From an uncultured Myxococcales bacterium (GTDB lineage Bacteria; Myxococcota; Kuafuiibacteriia; Kuafuiibacteriales; Kuafuiibacteriaceae): a stretch of DNA of 64,000 bases. This document shows positions 19,221 to 28,695 of this stretch, one piece after another (the first letter of the stretch is position 1; each line of letters opens with the position of its first letter). The translations under genes were made by a program, and so were the position numbers. Location: NCBI GenBank assembly GCA_964519665.1, contig CAZFIV010000012.1, forward strand, positions 44,814-108,813, written 5' to 3'. The notes beneath the pieces are model-generated. The model was given only the letters and a program-made list of their open reading frames with translations. It did not search any database and was not told where the DNA came from.

Positions 19221-20589
19221 CATTATGCTGGTCGATGATGAGCCATCCATCCGCCTCACGGTTTCCGATGCGCTCGAAGAAGCCGGCCATGTCGTCGTCA
19301 CGGCCGAGGACGGCGGCGAGGCGATGCGTCATCTCGACGAAAGGACATTCGACCTCGTCATCACCGACATTCGAATGCCGCGCGTCGATGGCATGACGCT
19401 CTTTCGCCGAATCCGAAAGGAGCGGCCGACCACCGGCGTCATCCTCATGACCGCCTATGCCGCCGTTTCCGACGCGGTCTCGGCCCTCAAAGACGGGGCC
19501 CTAGACTATCTGACCAAGCCCTTCGACCTGGAAGAACTGCAGCTGAGGATCGGCCGATTCGCGGAACGCCGCGTGCTCGAAGCCGAGCTCGACGCGGCCC
19601 GGACCGAACTCGCCACCCGAGACCCCAGCTCGATCATCATCGGGCGGGCTCCCAACATGGTTCGGCTCCTCGACCTCGTCGAGACCATCGCGGACAGCGA
19701 TGCCCCGGTCTTGATCACCGGCGAGTCAGGAACCGGCAAGGAGCTCGTGGCCAAGACCGTCCATCGACTGAGCGGACGTCGCGATGGTCCGTTCGTAGCC
19801 GTGAACTGTGCCGCGTTCCCCGAGACGCTCCTGGAAGCCGAGCTGTTCGGCCACGAGCGGGGCGCGTTTACCGGTGCGGTGAAGGCGCGCGACGGCCGAT
19901 TCATGGCCGCGAAGAACGGCACCCTCTTCCTGGATGAGATCGCAGAGATCCCCCCGATGGCGCAGGCCAAGCTCCTGCGCGTTCTGCAGGAAGGATTGAT
20001 CGAGCCGCTGGGCACCAACAACCAGGTCAACGTCGATGTACGGGTGGTTTCCGCCACTCACCGCAACCTGAAGGAACGCATCCGAGACGGCCTGTTCCGA
20101 GAGGACCTCTACTATCGTTTGAATGTTCTCGACGTCGCCATCCCGCCCCTTCGCGATCGACGGAGCGACCTACCACTGCTCGTCGAGCACTTTCTCAGGC
20201 GCCTCGTCAAAGCCGGCCGACCGGAGCCCTCGATCTCCCCGCGCGCCTGGGCGGCGCTGAGCGAATATGCGTTTCCCGGCAACGTTCGCGAGTTGGAGCA
20301 CGCCATTCAGCGGGCGGTCGTCCTCTCGAGAGGCCAAGAGATCGACCTCGACCACCTGCCACCCGATATTCGCGGCACCACCGAAACGCCCAGCAAGCGC
20401 TCGGACGATGAGTCGACCGAGCTGCGCCCCCTCTCGACGGCGATCAAAGAATTCGAGCACCAGTACCTGCTTCGGGCTCTCAATGCCGCGCACGGCAAGA
20501 AAGCCAAAGCCGCCGAGCTCCTGGGCATCTCGCGCAAGAACCTATGGGAAAAACTGCGGTCCCACGAACTGGACTCCCGACCCGCGTGA
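19213..20589 (+). CDS. sigma54-dependent response regulator (NtrC family, intact)
   Basis: REC domain, GESGTGKE, LFGHERGAFTGA, FLDEI and Fis HTH. Confidence 0.95.
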   Translation: MLDIMLVDDEPSIRLTVSDALEEAGHVVVTAEDGGEAMRHLDERTFDLVITDIRMPRVDGMTLFRRIRKERPTTGVILMTAYAAVSDAVSALKDGALDYLTKPFDLEELQLRIGRFAERRVLEAELDAARTELATRDPSSIIIGRAPNMVRLLDLVETIADSDAPVLITGESGTGKELVAKTVHRLSGRRDGPFVAVNCAAFPETLLEAELFGHERGAFTGAVKARDGRFMAAKNGTLFLDEIAEIPPMAQAKLLRVLQEGLIEPLGTNNQVNVDVRVVSATHRNLKERIRDGLFREDLYYRLNVLDVAIPPLRDRRSDLPLLVEHFLRRLVKAGRPEPSISPRAWAALSEYAFPGNVRELEHAIQRAVVLSRGQEIDLDHLPPDIRGTTETPSKRSDDESTELRPLSTAIKEFEHQYLLRALNAAHGKKAKAAELLGISRKNLWEKLRSHELDSRPA

Positions 20590-20659
20590 GATGAGCGCTT
20601 CGCTCCACTGCCGTACTCTGCGTTGCAGCTTCCGCCGGGGTCGAAACTTCGTCCGTCGA

Positions 20660-22033
20660 CTACTCGTCCTCGGACGGCGGCGATAACCCACCAGACTCCG
20701 GAATCGGACTCAATCGCCCCGCCGGCGCGCCCTCGTCGACCAGGGCGAGCTGCCCTCTCTGGCCACCGGTACGAGCTTGAATCCGTGCGATCGCCGCCCT
20801 CGCCGTCATCTTGAGCTGGGGCGAGCGGGTCAACCCGCGAGTCAGCGGCAGCAGCCGCTCGACCGCCTCGACATGTCCGATCCCGCCGATCGCTTCGACC
20901 GCCGCGACCGCAACTTCCGCTTCCGACGCCGACAAATAGGGCAACACGAACGCGACGTCATCGGGACCGCCGGTCGCCTCGAGCGCCCGAAGTGCCGCCG
21001 CCACCACGTACGGCTGGTCGGCCGCGAGCGCACCCCGGACCTCACTCGTGAGGCCCGACGGCCTCTTCGAACGTACGACCTCGAGCGCCGCGCCGACCAA
21101 CTCGTCCGTGCGCGAGTTCAGGGCTTGAGTCAGGCCTCTCTTTAACGCGGAGTCATCGGCCGGCGCCGAGTGTCCCCACACCTGAAGGGCAGCCGCCCTC
21201 AGCGACACCGATGCGCCGAGATCGTCGAACACGGTCCGTGCGGCCGGCACTCCTCGCTCGCCCGCGTGCCGGGCCGCCATCAAACGGATCTCGGGCTCGG
21301 AATCCTCGAGCCGCTCCTCGATCGCCTGCTGGGTTGCGGGGGAGGTCGGATACCTACGTACAAGCGTCAGGAGACTGCTTCGCCGAATCGCGAGGACCGA
21401 ATCATTCGCGGCGCGGTCGCGCAACCCGTCCGGCCAGCGATCGATGGGTAGCGAAAGACCGTTGCCCAGAGCTGCTACCGCCCGCACGATCTGCGTGAGG
21501 TTCTCTTCCCGAGCAACGATGCCGGCCGCCACCAGCTTGAGCTGTTGGCCGCGCAGACATCCGTCTTGCGACACGAAGGACCGCAAACTCCGACGGATGG
21601 CGGGGGAAAGCGCCGCCAAGGCATAGGTCGAGTCACCATCGATGCGGACGATTCGGTCGAAATCGGCGTCGCCCAGGTTTGCGGCTCCGGAGGGCAGCAA
21701 ACGCTCGGTCATCCGGGTCCACGCCGATTTGGCACTCGCCGAGAAGGTGACCGGAATTCGCGCCGCATGAACCGAAACGACGGTGGCCGTGCGGTTGGTG
21801 CCCGCCGCCTCGTCCGAGTGAACGCTCACCGTGACCGCGCAGTCGCCGATCACGCCTTCGAGCCTCGGCGTCCGAAACGGTCCCTGACCGTCGTATCGAA
21901 GCCCCAGCCGAGCCGCGGCCGCCTGCCAGACGCTTTTCAGTCTGGTCATCCGCCAATGCGCGAGACCGCCGATGAGACCGAGCGCGGTCACCAGCATCAA
22001 GAAGCCCGGTATTGCGTCCACTCCGAACATCAT
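20660..22033 (-). CDS. membrane-anchored HEAT-repeat protein
   Basis: N-terminal TM and repeated helical motifs (EPEIRLMAA, VVAAALRAL, VAVAAVEAI). Confidence 0.7.
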   Translation of the reverse strand: MMFGVDAIPGFLMLVTALGLIGGLAHWRMTRLKSVWQAAAARLGLRYDGQGPFRTPRLEGVIGDCAVTVSVHSDEAAGTNRTATVVSVHAARIPVTFSASAKSAWTRMTERLLPSGAANLGDADFDRIVRIDGDSTYALAALSPAIRRSLRSFVSQDGCLRGQQLKLVAAGIVAREENLTQIVRAVAALGNGLSLPIDRWPDGLRDRAANDSVLAIRRSSLLTLVRRYPTSPATQQAIEERLEDSEPEIRLMAARHAGERGVPAARTVFDDLGASVSLRAAALQVWGHSAPADDSALKRGLTQALNSRTDELVGAALEVVRSKRPSGLTSEVRGALAADQPYVVAAALRALEATGGPDDVAFVLPYLSASEAEVAVAAVEAIGGIGHVEAVERLLPLTRGLTRSPQLKMTARAAIARIQARTGGQRGQLALVDEGAPAGRLSPIPESGGLSPPSEDE

Positions 22034-22170
22034 AGTCGTTTATCTGAAGGACCTGTGTGGATGACCCAGCCTACCGGTTCCGAGCTCGCACGGAAGCCGA
22101 AATCCCCCATCCCGCTGGCTCGGTCATTTACCGATGGATCCATCCGGCCCCGGTCGACGACACTCTGGCC

Positions 22171-22938
22171 GTGATTCTGTCCCTGCTGGAGCTCGATCCC
22201 GTGGTCGACGTCCTTCGGTCAGCGCGCCGCGTCTTGGTGATCACAGGCGCGGGTATGTCGGCCGATTCGGGCCTGCCGACCTACCGGGGAGTGGGTGGCC
22301 TGTACAACGACCGGGCCACCGAAGACGGCCTCCCCATCGAGGAGGCCCTCTCGGGCCACATGTTCATGGCGCGGCCGGCACTCACCTGGAAGCACATTCG
22401 CGAGATCGAGCACGCTTGCCGCGGCGCTCAGCCGAACGCCGGCCATCGGGTCCTGGCCGCCTGGGAGACCCGATTCGACCGCGTCTGCGTCCTGACTCAA
22501 AACGTAGACGGTCTACATCGCTCCGCCGGCTCGACGCGCGTCATCGACATTCACGGGGACACCGGCGAGCTGTTCTGTCCGATGTGCGATTGGCAGGAAA
22601 TCGTGAGCAGCTACGAGCACTTGGAGCCTCTTCCACTGTGCCCGCAGTGCGGAGCGGTCATCCGCCCTCGAGTCGTGCTGTTCGGCGAGCTGCTCGACCC
22701 GGCCAAGCTCGACAGTCTTCGAAATGAGCTGGTTCGGGGCTTCGATGTGGTGTTCTCGATCGGTACGAGCGCGCTGTTTCCGTACATCGTTCAACCGGTG
22801 CTGGATGCCGCTCGCAACGGCGTCACCAGCGTCGAGATCAACCCAAAGGCGACCGATATCTCGCCCCTCGTGACCTACCAAGTGCGGGCGGGCGCGGCGG
22901 ATACCCTCTTAGCCCTCGCCCACAAACTCGACCCTTGA
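22171..22938 (+). CDS. cobB: NAD-dependent protein deacylase (sirtuin)
   Basis: TGAGMSADSGLPTYRG, TQNVDGLH, HG, two CxxC motifs, RPRVVLFGE, GTSA and EINP. The start is uncertain. Confidence 0.93.
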   Translation: MILSLLELDPVVDVLRSARRVLVITGAGMSADSGLPTYRGVGGLYNDRATEDGLPIEEALSGHMFMARPALTWKHIREIEHACRGAQPNAGHRVLAAWETRFDRVCVLTQNVDGLHRSAGSTRVIDIHGDTGELFCPMCDWQEIVSSYEHLEPLPLCPQCGAVIRPRVVLFGELLDPAKLDSLRNELVRGFDVVFSIGTSALFPYIVQPVLDAARNGVTSVEINPKATDISPLVTYQVRAGAADTLLALAHKLDP

Positions 22939-23056
22939 CCGATCGGAGGCGGGCCGCTTCGGTCTTGGTGCTCGGTGGTGCATCGGTCCCCCCGGTCGCC
23001 GAGGACAGTGGACGCAGTCGCGGGAGTACGAGATATTCAGGGGCCCAGGGACCAGA

Positions 23057-23827
23057 GTGACGGCTGACATCAAGGAACAGGAATCCAAGCGGGCTCGAGC
23101 CACGGTCGCCCAGTACCATCTACTTCTGTCGCGCAGAAACCACTTCGAGCTCCTCGGGGTATTGCGAGATGCGAGTCAGGAGTCGATCCGCGAAGCCTTC
23201 AAAGACCTCGCCAAGCGCTGGCATTCGGACGCGTTTGCCCACGTGGACCTTGGACCCGAGAAGAAGAAGCTCGACGAGATTTTTCAGCGGCTGAACGAAG
23301 CCTACGAGACCCTCACCGACCCAGGGCTTCGCGATGAGTATCTCGTCTTCTTGGACCGTTCGGCGAGGGGGCTATCGACCGACGTGCACGGCATCTTGCG
23401 GGCCGAGGCGATCGTCGACGAGGCGCTGATGGACATGCGGCGCCGAAACTGGAGCGGCGCGGTCGACAAGCTCACCGAGGCCCGTCAGCTCAACCCGGAC
23501 GACCCGCTGTACGACGTGCACTTTGCGTGGGCCCGCTACAACGCCGCGCCCAACAAAGACGCCGCGGCTCCCGTAGCGATCGAGATGCTCAAGGCCGCGG
23601 CGAAGCGGCAAGACCACCTGGCGCTCGCGTACCAATACCTCGGTAAAGTCCACTTCGCGAGAGACAACTACGACGAGGCCAAAAAGTGGCTCAAGCTCTG
23701 CTTGAACTACGATCCGAGCGACGTCGATGCGCAGCGCGTCTTGCGCCTGATCAACACCCGAGCCCAGAAGCAAAAGCAGGGTGGTCTGATGAGCGCGATC
23801 AATCGTTTCTTGGGTAAGAAGAAATAG
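23057..23827 (+). CDS. J-like domain plus TPR protein (HSD instead of HPD)
   Basis: HFELLGV...IREAFKDLAKRWHSD...FQRLNEAYETLTDP followed by TPR helices. Confidence 0.85.
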   Translation: MTADIKEQESKRARATVAQYHLLLSRRNHFELLGVLRDASQESIREAFKDLAKRWHSDAFAHVDLGPEKKKLDEIFQRLNEAYETLTDPGLRDEYLVFLDRSARGLSTDVHGILRAEAIVDEALMDMRRRNWSGAVDKLTEARQLNPDDPLYDVHFAWARYNAAPNKDAAAPVAIEMLKAAAKRQDHLALAYQYLGKVHFARDNYDEAKKWLKLCLNYDPSDVDAQRVLRLINTRAQKQKQGGLMSAINRFLGKKK

Positions 23828-23839
23828 CGCCTTCGCCCG

Positions 23840-25027
23840 TTACCGAGGCTCGGTCGACGACCACCATGCAGCGAGCGCTTTTCGTAGGCCCCGCTCGGTC
23901 GGAAAGCCACTAAACTCGAAGGTCTCCGGGGGCCCGGCGTCCACTTCGAGCCGACGGGCCAGCTTGCGGTCGATGCCCATGATGAGGTCGGGCTGCGGCC
24001 GGGCCGCGAGCGCCGCCCGCCGACGTCGCCACGCGCCCTGATGCCACGGGTGGAACAACTCGATGGCGACCGTCCGTCCGTCGCGATGGGCATCCAGATC
24101 GGGCACGCACCACTCATGCACCCCGACGGGCCGGGGTGCCGGGTTCGCGTCGAGGCGCCAGTCGGGGTCGGACCAGCGCGCCACTACCGACTCGATCTCC
24201 GGTGGTACAAAACCTGCGCCGCCCTCGAGCCCAGGCCGAAGCCCTTGTTCGTGCGAAATCTCGAGCACGAGGGCCGCTCGGCGGGGGAGCTTGATCGCGG
24301 CTCGCACCGCCCATCGCTCGACCGTCGGGACCACCAAAAAGAACGTGGCCAGCTGCAGCCCGTACTTCTTGGCGCTGTCGAGCACCGCCGCCGGCCCCTC
24401 GATCACCAGCGACCAACCCTCGTCGTCGACGCGAACGTCGGTCACCAAGCGACAGAATCGCATCCAACGGAGCAAGCGGCGAAGCTCCGGCGTGTCACCA
24501 CCCTCGACCTGCAGCTCGAGTCGCTCGGCATAGAGCAATAGTCCCTGCACTTGCGCGAGGTCGTACCGAGCCAGGAGTTTGTCCGCGTCGAGCGCTTTGA
24601 AGCCCAGGAGAGGACGCCGGCCGGGGAGGTCGGCATACAGCGCATCCCTGACCTGGGCCAGCTCGATGACCTCCGACAATCGGGCCTCGTACTCTTCGAA
24701 CGACGCGGCGAGGGGGAGCCCGCGACGAACGTCGTCGGCCTGCCGAAGCCACGCCGACCGGGCCTCCGCCGCCTCGGGGTCCGGATGGGCGAACTCGCAT
24801 CGGTCCAAGAGAAGCTTGACCAGTCCCTTGGCGATTCGCGGCCGACGGTGCGCGCCGGCGACCGCCGCGAGCTCCGCCTCGACCTCCCCGCGCGGACGAC
24901 CGACCGACGGTCCGAGACACGCGAGCAACGACTCGGCGACATCGCGCTCATGCGCTTGGTCGGCGATCAGCTTCGGATAGATTCGACCGCTTCGGGTGCG
25001 GAAGTCGAGGAGGTCTTTGGTCAGCAC
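23840..25027 (-). CDS. DUF790 family protein (Bax1-like predicted nuclease)
   Basis: MLTKDLL start, LLARYDLAQVQGLL, IEGPAAVL...KYG and a C-terminal PDL...IELF nuclease-like motif. It overlaps the helicase stop. Confidence 0.85.
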   Translation of the reverse strand: MLTKDLLDFRTRSGRIYPKLIADQAHERDVAESLLACLGPSVGRPRGEVEAELAAVAGAHRRPRIAKGLVKLLLDRCEFAHPDPEAAEARSAWLRQADDVRRGLPLAASFEEYEARLSEVIELAQVRDALYADLPGRRPLLGFKALDADKLLARYDLAQVQGLLLYAERLELQVEGGDTPELRRLLRWMRFCRLVTDVRVDDEGWSLVIEGPAAVLDSAKKYGLQLATFFLVVPTVERWAVRAAIKLPRRAALVLEISHEQGLRPGLEGGAGFVPPEIESVVARWSDPDWRLDANPAPRPVGVHEWCVPDLDAHRDGRTVAIELFHPWHQGAWRRRRAALAARPQPDLIMGIDRKLARRLEVDAGPPETFEFSGFPTERGLRKALAAWWSSTEPR

Positions 25028-26439
25028 GCCTCGCCTTCTTCGTCGCTCGGGGCCTCGGCTCGGGCATAGGCCGCGTGCTGCCGACGGCGTTCGCTGATGC
25101 CCGCTTCCGCCGCGACGTCGGTGAACACTTCATACAGGATGGCCTGTTTGCCGGGTCGCTTGCGCAGGATGCGGCCGAGGCGCTGCACGTGCTCGCGCAC
25201 GCTCCCGCTTCCGCTGAGCACGACCCCCACGTTCGCTTCCGGCACATCGACCCCTTCGTTTAGGACCTTGGCGGTCACCAGCGCGCGCAGATGACCTTTT
25301 GCGAACCGCTCGAGGATCGCCTTTCGCTCGCCGGGCCGGGTATGATGGGTGATCGCCGGCAGGATGAAGTGACGAGCGAGCCGGTAAACCATCTCCGTGT
25401 CCTCGGTGAAGACGATGATCCGGTCATCTCGATGCCCGATCAGGATTCGCCACAGCTCAGCGAGCTTGCCTTCGCCGGCCAGTGCGATGCGTCGCTGGGT
25501 ACGATAGGCCGCGAACGCGGCGCGCCCCTCGGCGCTTTGGTGGGCTCGGCTGATGAATTCTGCCCATCCCGACGGCCGGTCGAACCGGATTCCTTGCTTG
25601 CGCAGAAATCGCAAGTATCGGCCCCGGCACTCGTCGTATTCGGCCTGCTCGGCGTCGGTCAGGGTCACCGCTACCGAGCGCACCTCGTACGGAGCCAGGT
25701 ACGCTCCCTCGAGCGCGTCGATCGGGGCCCGATACACGAGGGTCCCCAACAGTTGCTGAGCGATCGCTTCGCCACCGTCCTGCCGAGCCAACGTCGCCGT
25801 GAGACCCAGCCGAAACGGGGCGATACTGCCCTCGGCGATGAACCGATACGCGGGGGCGGGCAGATGGTGGCACTCATCGCAGATGAGCAGCCCAAACCGG
25901 TCCCCGTGAAACTCGACCTGCGCGGCCGCCGAATCGTACGTGGTGACGGTCAGCCGCCGACGGTCTTTTTCACCCCCGCCGACCATTCCGACCGGCACTT
26001 CGAAGTGCTCGGTCAACACGCTCTGCCACTGAACCATCAGGTCGATGGTCGGCACGACCACGAGCGTCGGCCGCTGGACCAACGCGATCGCCAAGACCGC
26101 CACGAAGGTCTTCCCGGCCCCGGTCGGAAGCTCGACGATGCCCCTTCCTCCGGCGGCCCACCACGCATCCAAGGCCTCCTGTTGATGAGGAAACGGCTGG
26201 TGGGGGGAGCGCCGGGCGAGGGTCATCGGCTCGAACTGCCGGGCGTGGTCTTCATAGCCGATGGCTGCCCCTCGGAGCGCCAGGACGACGTCTCGATAGG
26301 CGCGGGCCGGCGCACGGTGGGTTCCCGTTCTCGGGTCAGAAACGAGGTAAGGCTGGAGAATGGCTTGGGCCGCCGGCGGCACCACCGGGATCACCAACGT
26401 CCCGTCACTGAAGTGGAGCTGGAGTTCGCCGTCCGCCAC
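25021..26439 (-). CDS. XPB/Rad25-like superfamily 2 helicase
   Basis: LPTGAGKT, DECHH, LGLTAT, VLNEGVDVP and QRLGRILR. Confidence 0.92.
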   Translation of the reverse strand: MADGELQLHFSDGTLVIPVVPPAAQAILQPYLVSDPRTGTHRAPARAYRDVVLALRGAAIGYEDHARQFEPMTLARRSPHQPFPHQQEALDAWWAAGGRGIVELPTGAGKTFVAVLAIALVQRPTLVVVPTIDLMVQWQSVLTEHFEVPVGMVGGGEKDRRRLTVTTYDSAAAQVEFHGDRFGLLICDECHHLPAPAYRFIAEGSIAPFRLGLTATLARQDGGEAIAQQLLGTLVYRAPIDALEGAYLAPYEVRSVAVTLTDAEQAEYDECRGRYLRFLRKQGIRFDRPSGWAEFISRAHQSAEGRAAFAAYRTQRRIALAGEGKLAELWRILIGHRDDRIIVFTEDTEMVYRLARHFILPAITHHTRPGERKAILERFAKGHLRALVTAKVLNEGVDVPEANVGVVLSGSGSVREHVQRLGRILRKRPGKQAILYEVFTDVAAEAGISERRRQHAAYARAEAPSDEEGEAC

Positions 26440-26466
26440 TCGAGAACCGTGTACCGGGGAATGTGG

Positions 26467-26916
26467 CTAGTTGCGCTCAATGATGAACTCGACCCGGCGG
26501 TTGCGGTACCGACACTCTTCGGTCTTCTCCGGGCAGAGCGGCTTCGTATCGCCGAAGCCAGCCGTATCGAGGGACTGCGTGACCCCTTCGCCCCGCAGAT
26601 ACGCCTGAACCGACTTGGCCCTCTTTTCGGACAAGGTCTGGTTGAAGTCGGGGGCCCCGGTGTCGTCCGTGTGACCCTGAATCTTGACGGCGACGATATC
26701 CGGCGACTTCTTGAGCACGAAAGCGATGCGATCGAGCAGCTGATAGCTGTCTTGCTCGATCGTCGCTTCGTTGGTCGCGAAGTGAATCGTATCGTTGAGC
26801 TCGAGGTGATCGCCGACGATGCGGACCTCCGGTCCGCTCTTGCCTGCGCAGGCCGACACACCCGCTACCAGAGCCGTTACTAGGACAATGAAACCGAATC
26901 CGCGTACTCGTTGCAT
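26467..26916 (-). CDS. OmpA-family lipoprotein
   Basis: GGAGG RBS, lipobox VSAC, IQGHTD, NQTLSEKRA and NRRVEF. The start was trimmed to ATG 26916. Confidence 0.9.
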   Translation of the reverse strand: MQRVRGFGFIVLVTALVAGVSACAGKSGPEVRIVGDHLELNDTIHFATNEATIEQDSYQLLDRIAFVLKKSPDIVAVKIQGHTDDTGAPDFNQTLSEKRAKSVQAYLRGEGVTQSLDTAGFGDTKPLCPEKTEECRYRNRRVEFIIERN

Positions 26917-26960
26917 GACGCCTCCCTTTCGACCCATCCCTGCAGGCCGACGCCCGTGTC

Positions 26961-27737
26961 CTACCAGGTCTCGATGTACGGGCGAAGGTCGATCTCGAAA
27001 GTCCACGCATCTTTGGGCTGCCGGTGCAGCCACCAATAGTTTTCCGCGATGTGATGCGGATTCAGCACGCCGTCGACCTTCGTCTTTTCGGCATAAACGT
27101 CCGGGAAGTTCTCTTCGATGAAGGCGGTGTCGATCATTCCATCGACGACCACGTGGGCGACGTGAATGCCCCGCGGTCCGAGCTCCCGAGCCATGCTTTG
27201 TGCCAACGCCCGAAGCGCGTGCTTGGCGCCCGCGAAGCCCGCAAAGTTCGCGGAACCGCGCAACGAGGCCGTTGCACCGGTGAAGATGATCGTGCCGCGG
27301 CTGCGGGTGGCCATGCGCTTGGCGACTTCGCGCCCATTCAGGAAACCACCGAAGCAGGCCATCTCCCACAGTTTGTAATACTTGCGGGCGGTCTCCTCCA
27401 GCACCGGGCAAGGTACGTTACCGCCGACATTGTACACGAAGACCTCGATCGGGCCGATCTCCCGCTCGATGGTGTCGACCAGCTCGATCACTTGCTCTTC
27501 CCGGCGAGCGTCGGTGCCGAAGGCTTTCGCGGCGCCCCCTTCGGCCTCGATCTGGGCAACCAGCGGCACGAGCCGGTCGGCGTGACGGCGGGTGACGCAC
27601 GCGAAGAGCCCCTCGGCGGCAAAACGGCGCGCGACGGCGCCACCGGTGGCATCCCCGGCGCCCACGATGAGAGCCACCGGGCGGCTGCTCGAGCGACCCC
27701 TGGTGGGCGGGAGCTGGTTATCCAACGTGTGGGTCAT
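26961..27737 (-). CDS. short-chain dehydrogenase/reductase
   Basis: IVGAGDATGGAVA, YNVGGN, FTGATAS and FAGAK (FxxxK). The start was trimmed to ATG 27737. Confidence 0.9.
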   Translation of the reverse strand: MTHTLDNQLPPTRGRSSSRPVALIVGAGDATGGAVARRFAAEGLFACVTRRHADRLVPLVAQIEAEGGAAKAFGTDARREEQVIELVDTIEREIGPIEVFVYNVGGNVPCPVLEETARKYYKLWEMACFGGFLNGREVAKRMATRSRGTIIFTGATASLRGSANFAGFAGAKHALRALAQSMARELGPRGIHVAHVVVDGMIDTAFIEENFPDVYAEKTKVDGVLNPHHIAENYWWLHRQPKDAWTFEIDLRPYIETW

Positions 27738-27907
27738 GACCGGCGTTCCTCCAAAGGCCTCAGGGTGGCTCTCCGTAGGTGAAAAGTCCACTCCCCGACC
27801 CCGCCCGAGGGGCCCGCATGACTTTTGCGCGAAGGGCGAACACGCGATCCGGTTGTGCTTGGTCGTCCGACCGCCGATCGAGGTTCGGCCGGGGCCGGCG
27901 CCCGCGG

Positions 27908-28681
27908 TCACCGCTCTTCTTCGATTTTTTGCTCCAGCTCGACGATCTGCGCCGTCCACTCGGACCGCCACCCGTCCGACTGCGGGAGCTTGAGTTTCTC
28001 TTTGGCGACCGCCACCGCGTCCGCAGCTTCGTCGACCTGCTCGTCTTCCAGGAGGGCGTAGGCGAGGAGGATGTGGTTCTCCGCCCAGTCAGGCGCGAGT
28101 TCGACCGCCTCCCGCAAATGATCGAGCGCCAGGTCGAGGTCGCCAACGCTGGCCGGCCAGGCCGGCGCCCATAGATAGATCCCTCCCAAGAGCCGATGGG
28201 GCCCCGCCTTCGCGATCGTCGGGTCCCCCGCCAAAGCGGCCTGGCCCGCCTTTTCCATTCTCGGCACGAGGTCTAGCCCCTCGATCTGGCGCGCCTTGGC
28301 CCGCGCCCCCATGCACAGGGCGGAGTAGTAGTGAGCCTCAGCGCGCTTCGAGTATGCGGTCGCGACGGCCGCCGCATCCATACACTTTGCGGCGAGATGC
28401 GCGCGGTCTACATTCTTCATGTACGTCTGCAGGTAGAGGGCTCGGGCCGCCCGCCACGCAGCCTCGCCATGTCGTGGATCGGCCGCCAATACTCGGTCGG
28501 CGGCCGCCAACGATCGGGTGAGATCAGGGCCCCCGGGGCCCAGCCTTGACATCTCATCCGCGATGGCCAGCAGCGCGTTGGGATCGTTGGGCAAAGATAG
28601 GTCGCCCCCCTCGCGGGCGATGTACTTTTGCGGAACGTGGGCGCAGGCCAAACCGAGACCGACCCAGCCCGCGACGAGCAT
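27908..28681 (-). CDS. TPR lipoprotein (TatT/BstC-like)
   Basis: Lipobox-like LGLAC and helical repeats including GPHRLLGGIYLWAPAWP..GD...ALDHLREAVELAP. Confidence 0.7.
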   Translation of the reverse strand: MLVAGWVGLGLACAHVPQKYIAREGGDLSLPNDPNALLAIADEMSRLGPGGPDLTRSLAAADRVLAADPRHGEAAWRAARALYLQTYMKNVDRAHLAAKCMDAAAVATAYSKRAEAHYYSALCMGARAKARQIEGLDLVPRMEKAGQAALAGDPTIAKAGPHRLLGGIYLWAPAWPASVGDLDLALDHLREAVELAPDWAENHILLAYALLEDEQVDEAADAVAVAKEKLKLPQSDGWRSEWTAQIVELEQKIEEER

Positions 28682-28695
28682 CTGGCTCGCAGTGT

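Noticed and set aside
25291-26883. Long antisense ORFs (e.g. 25291..26883, 28963..30774, 41827..43878, 53627..55207, 36572..37885, 8961..10382)
   Set aside because: They overlap well-supported genes on the opposite strand or frame and carry no motifs; this is expected in high-GC DNA.
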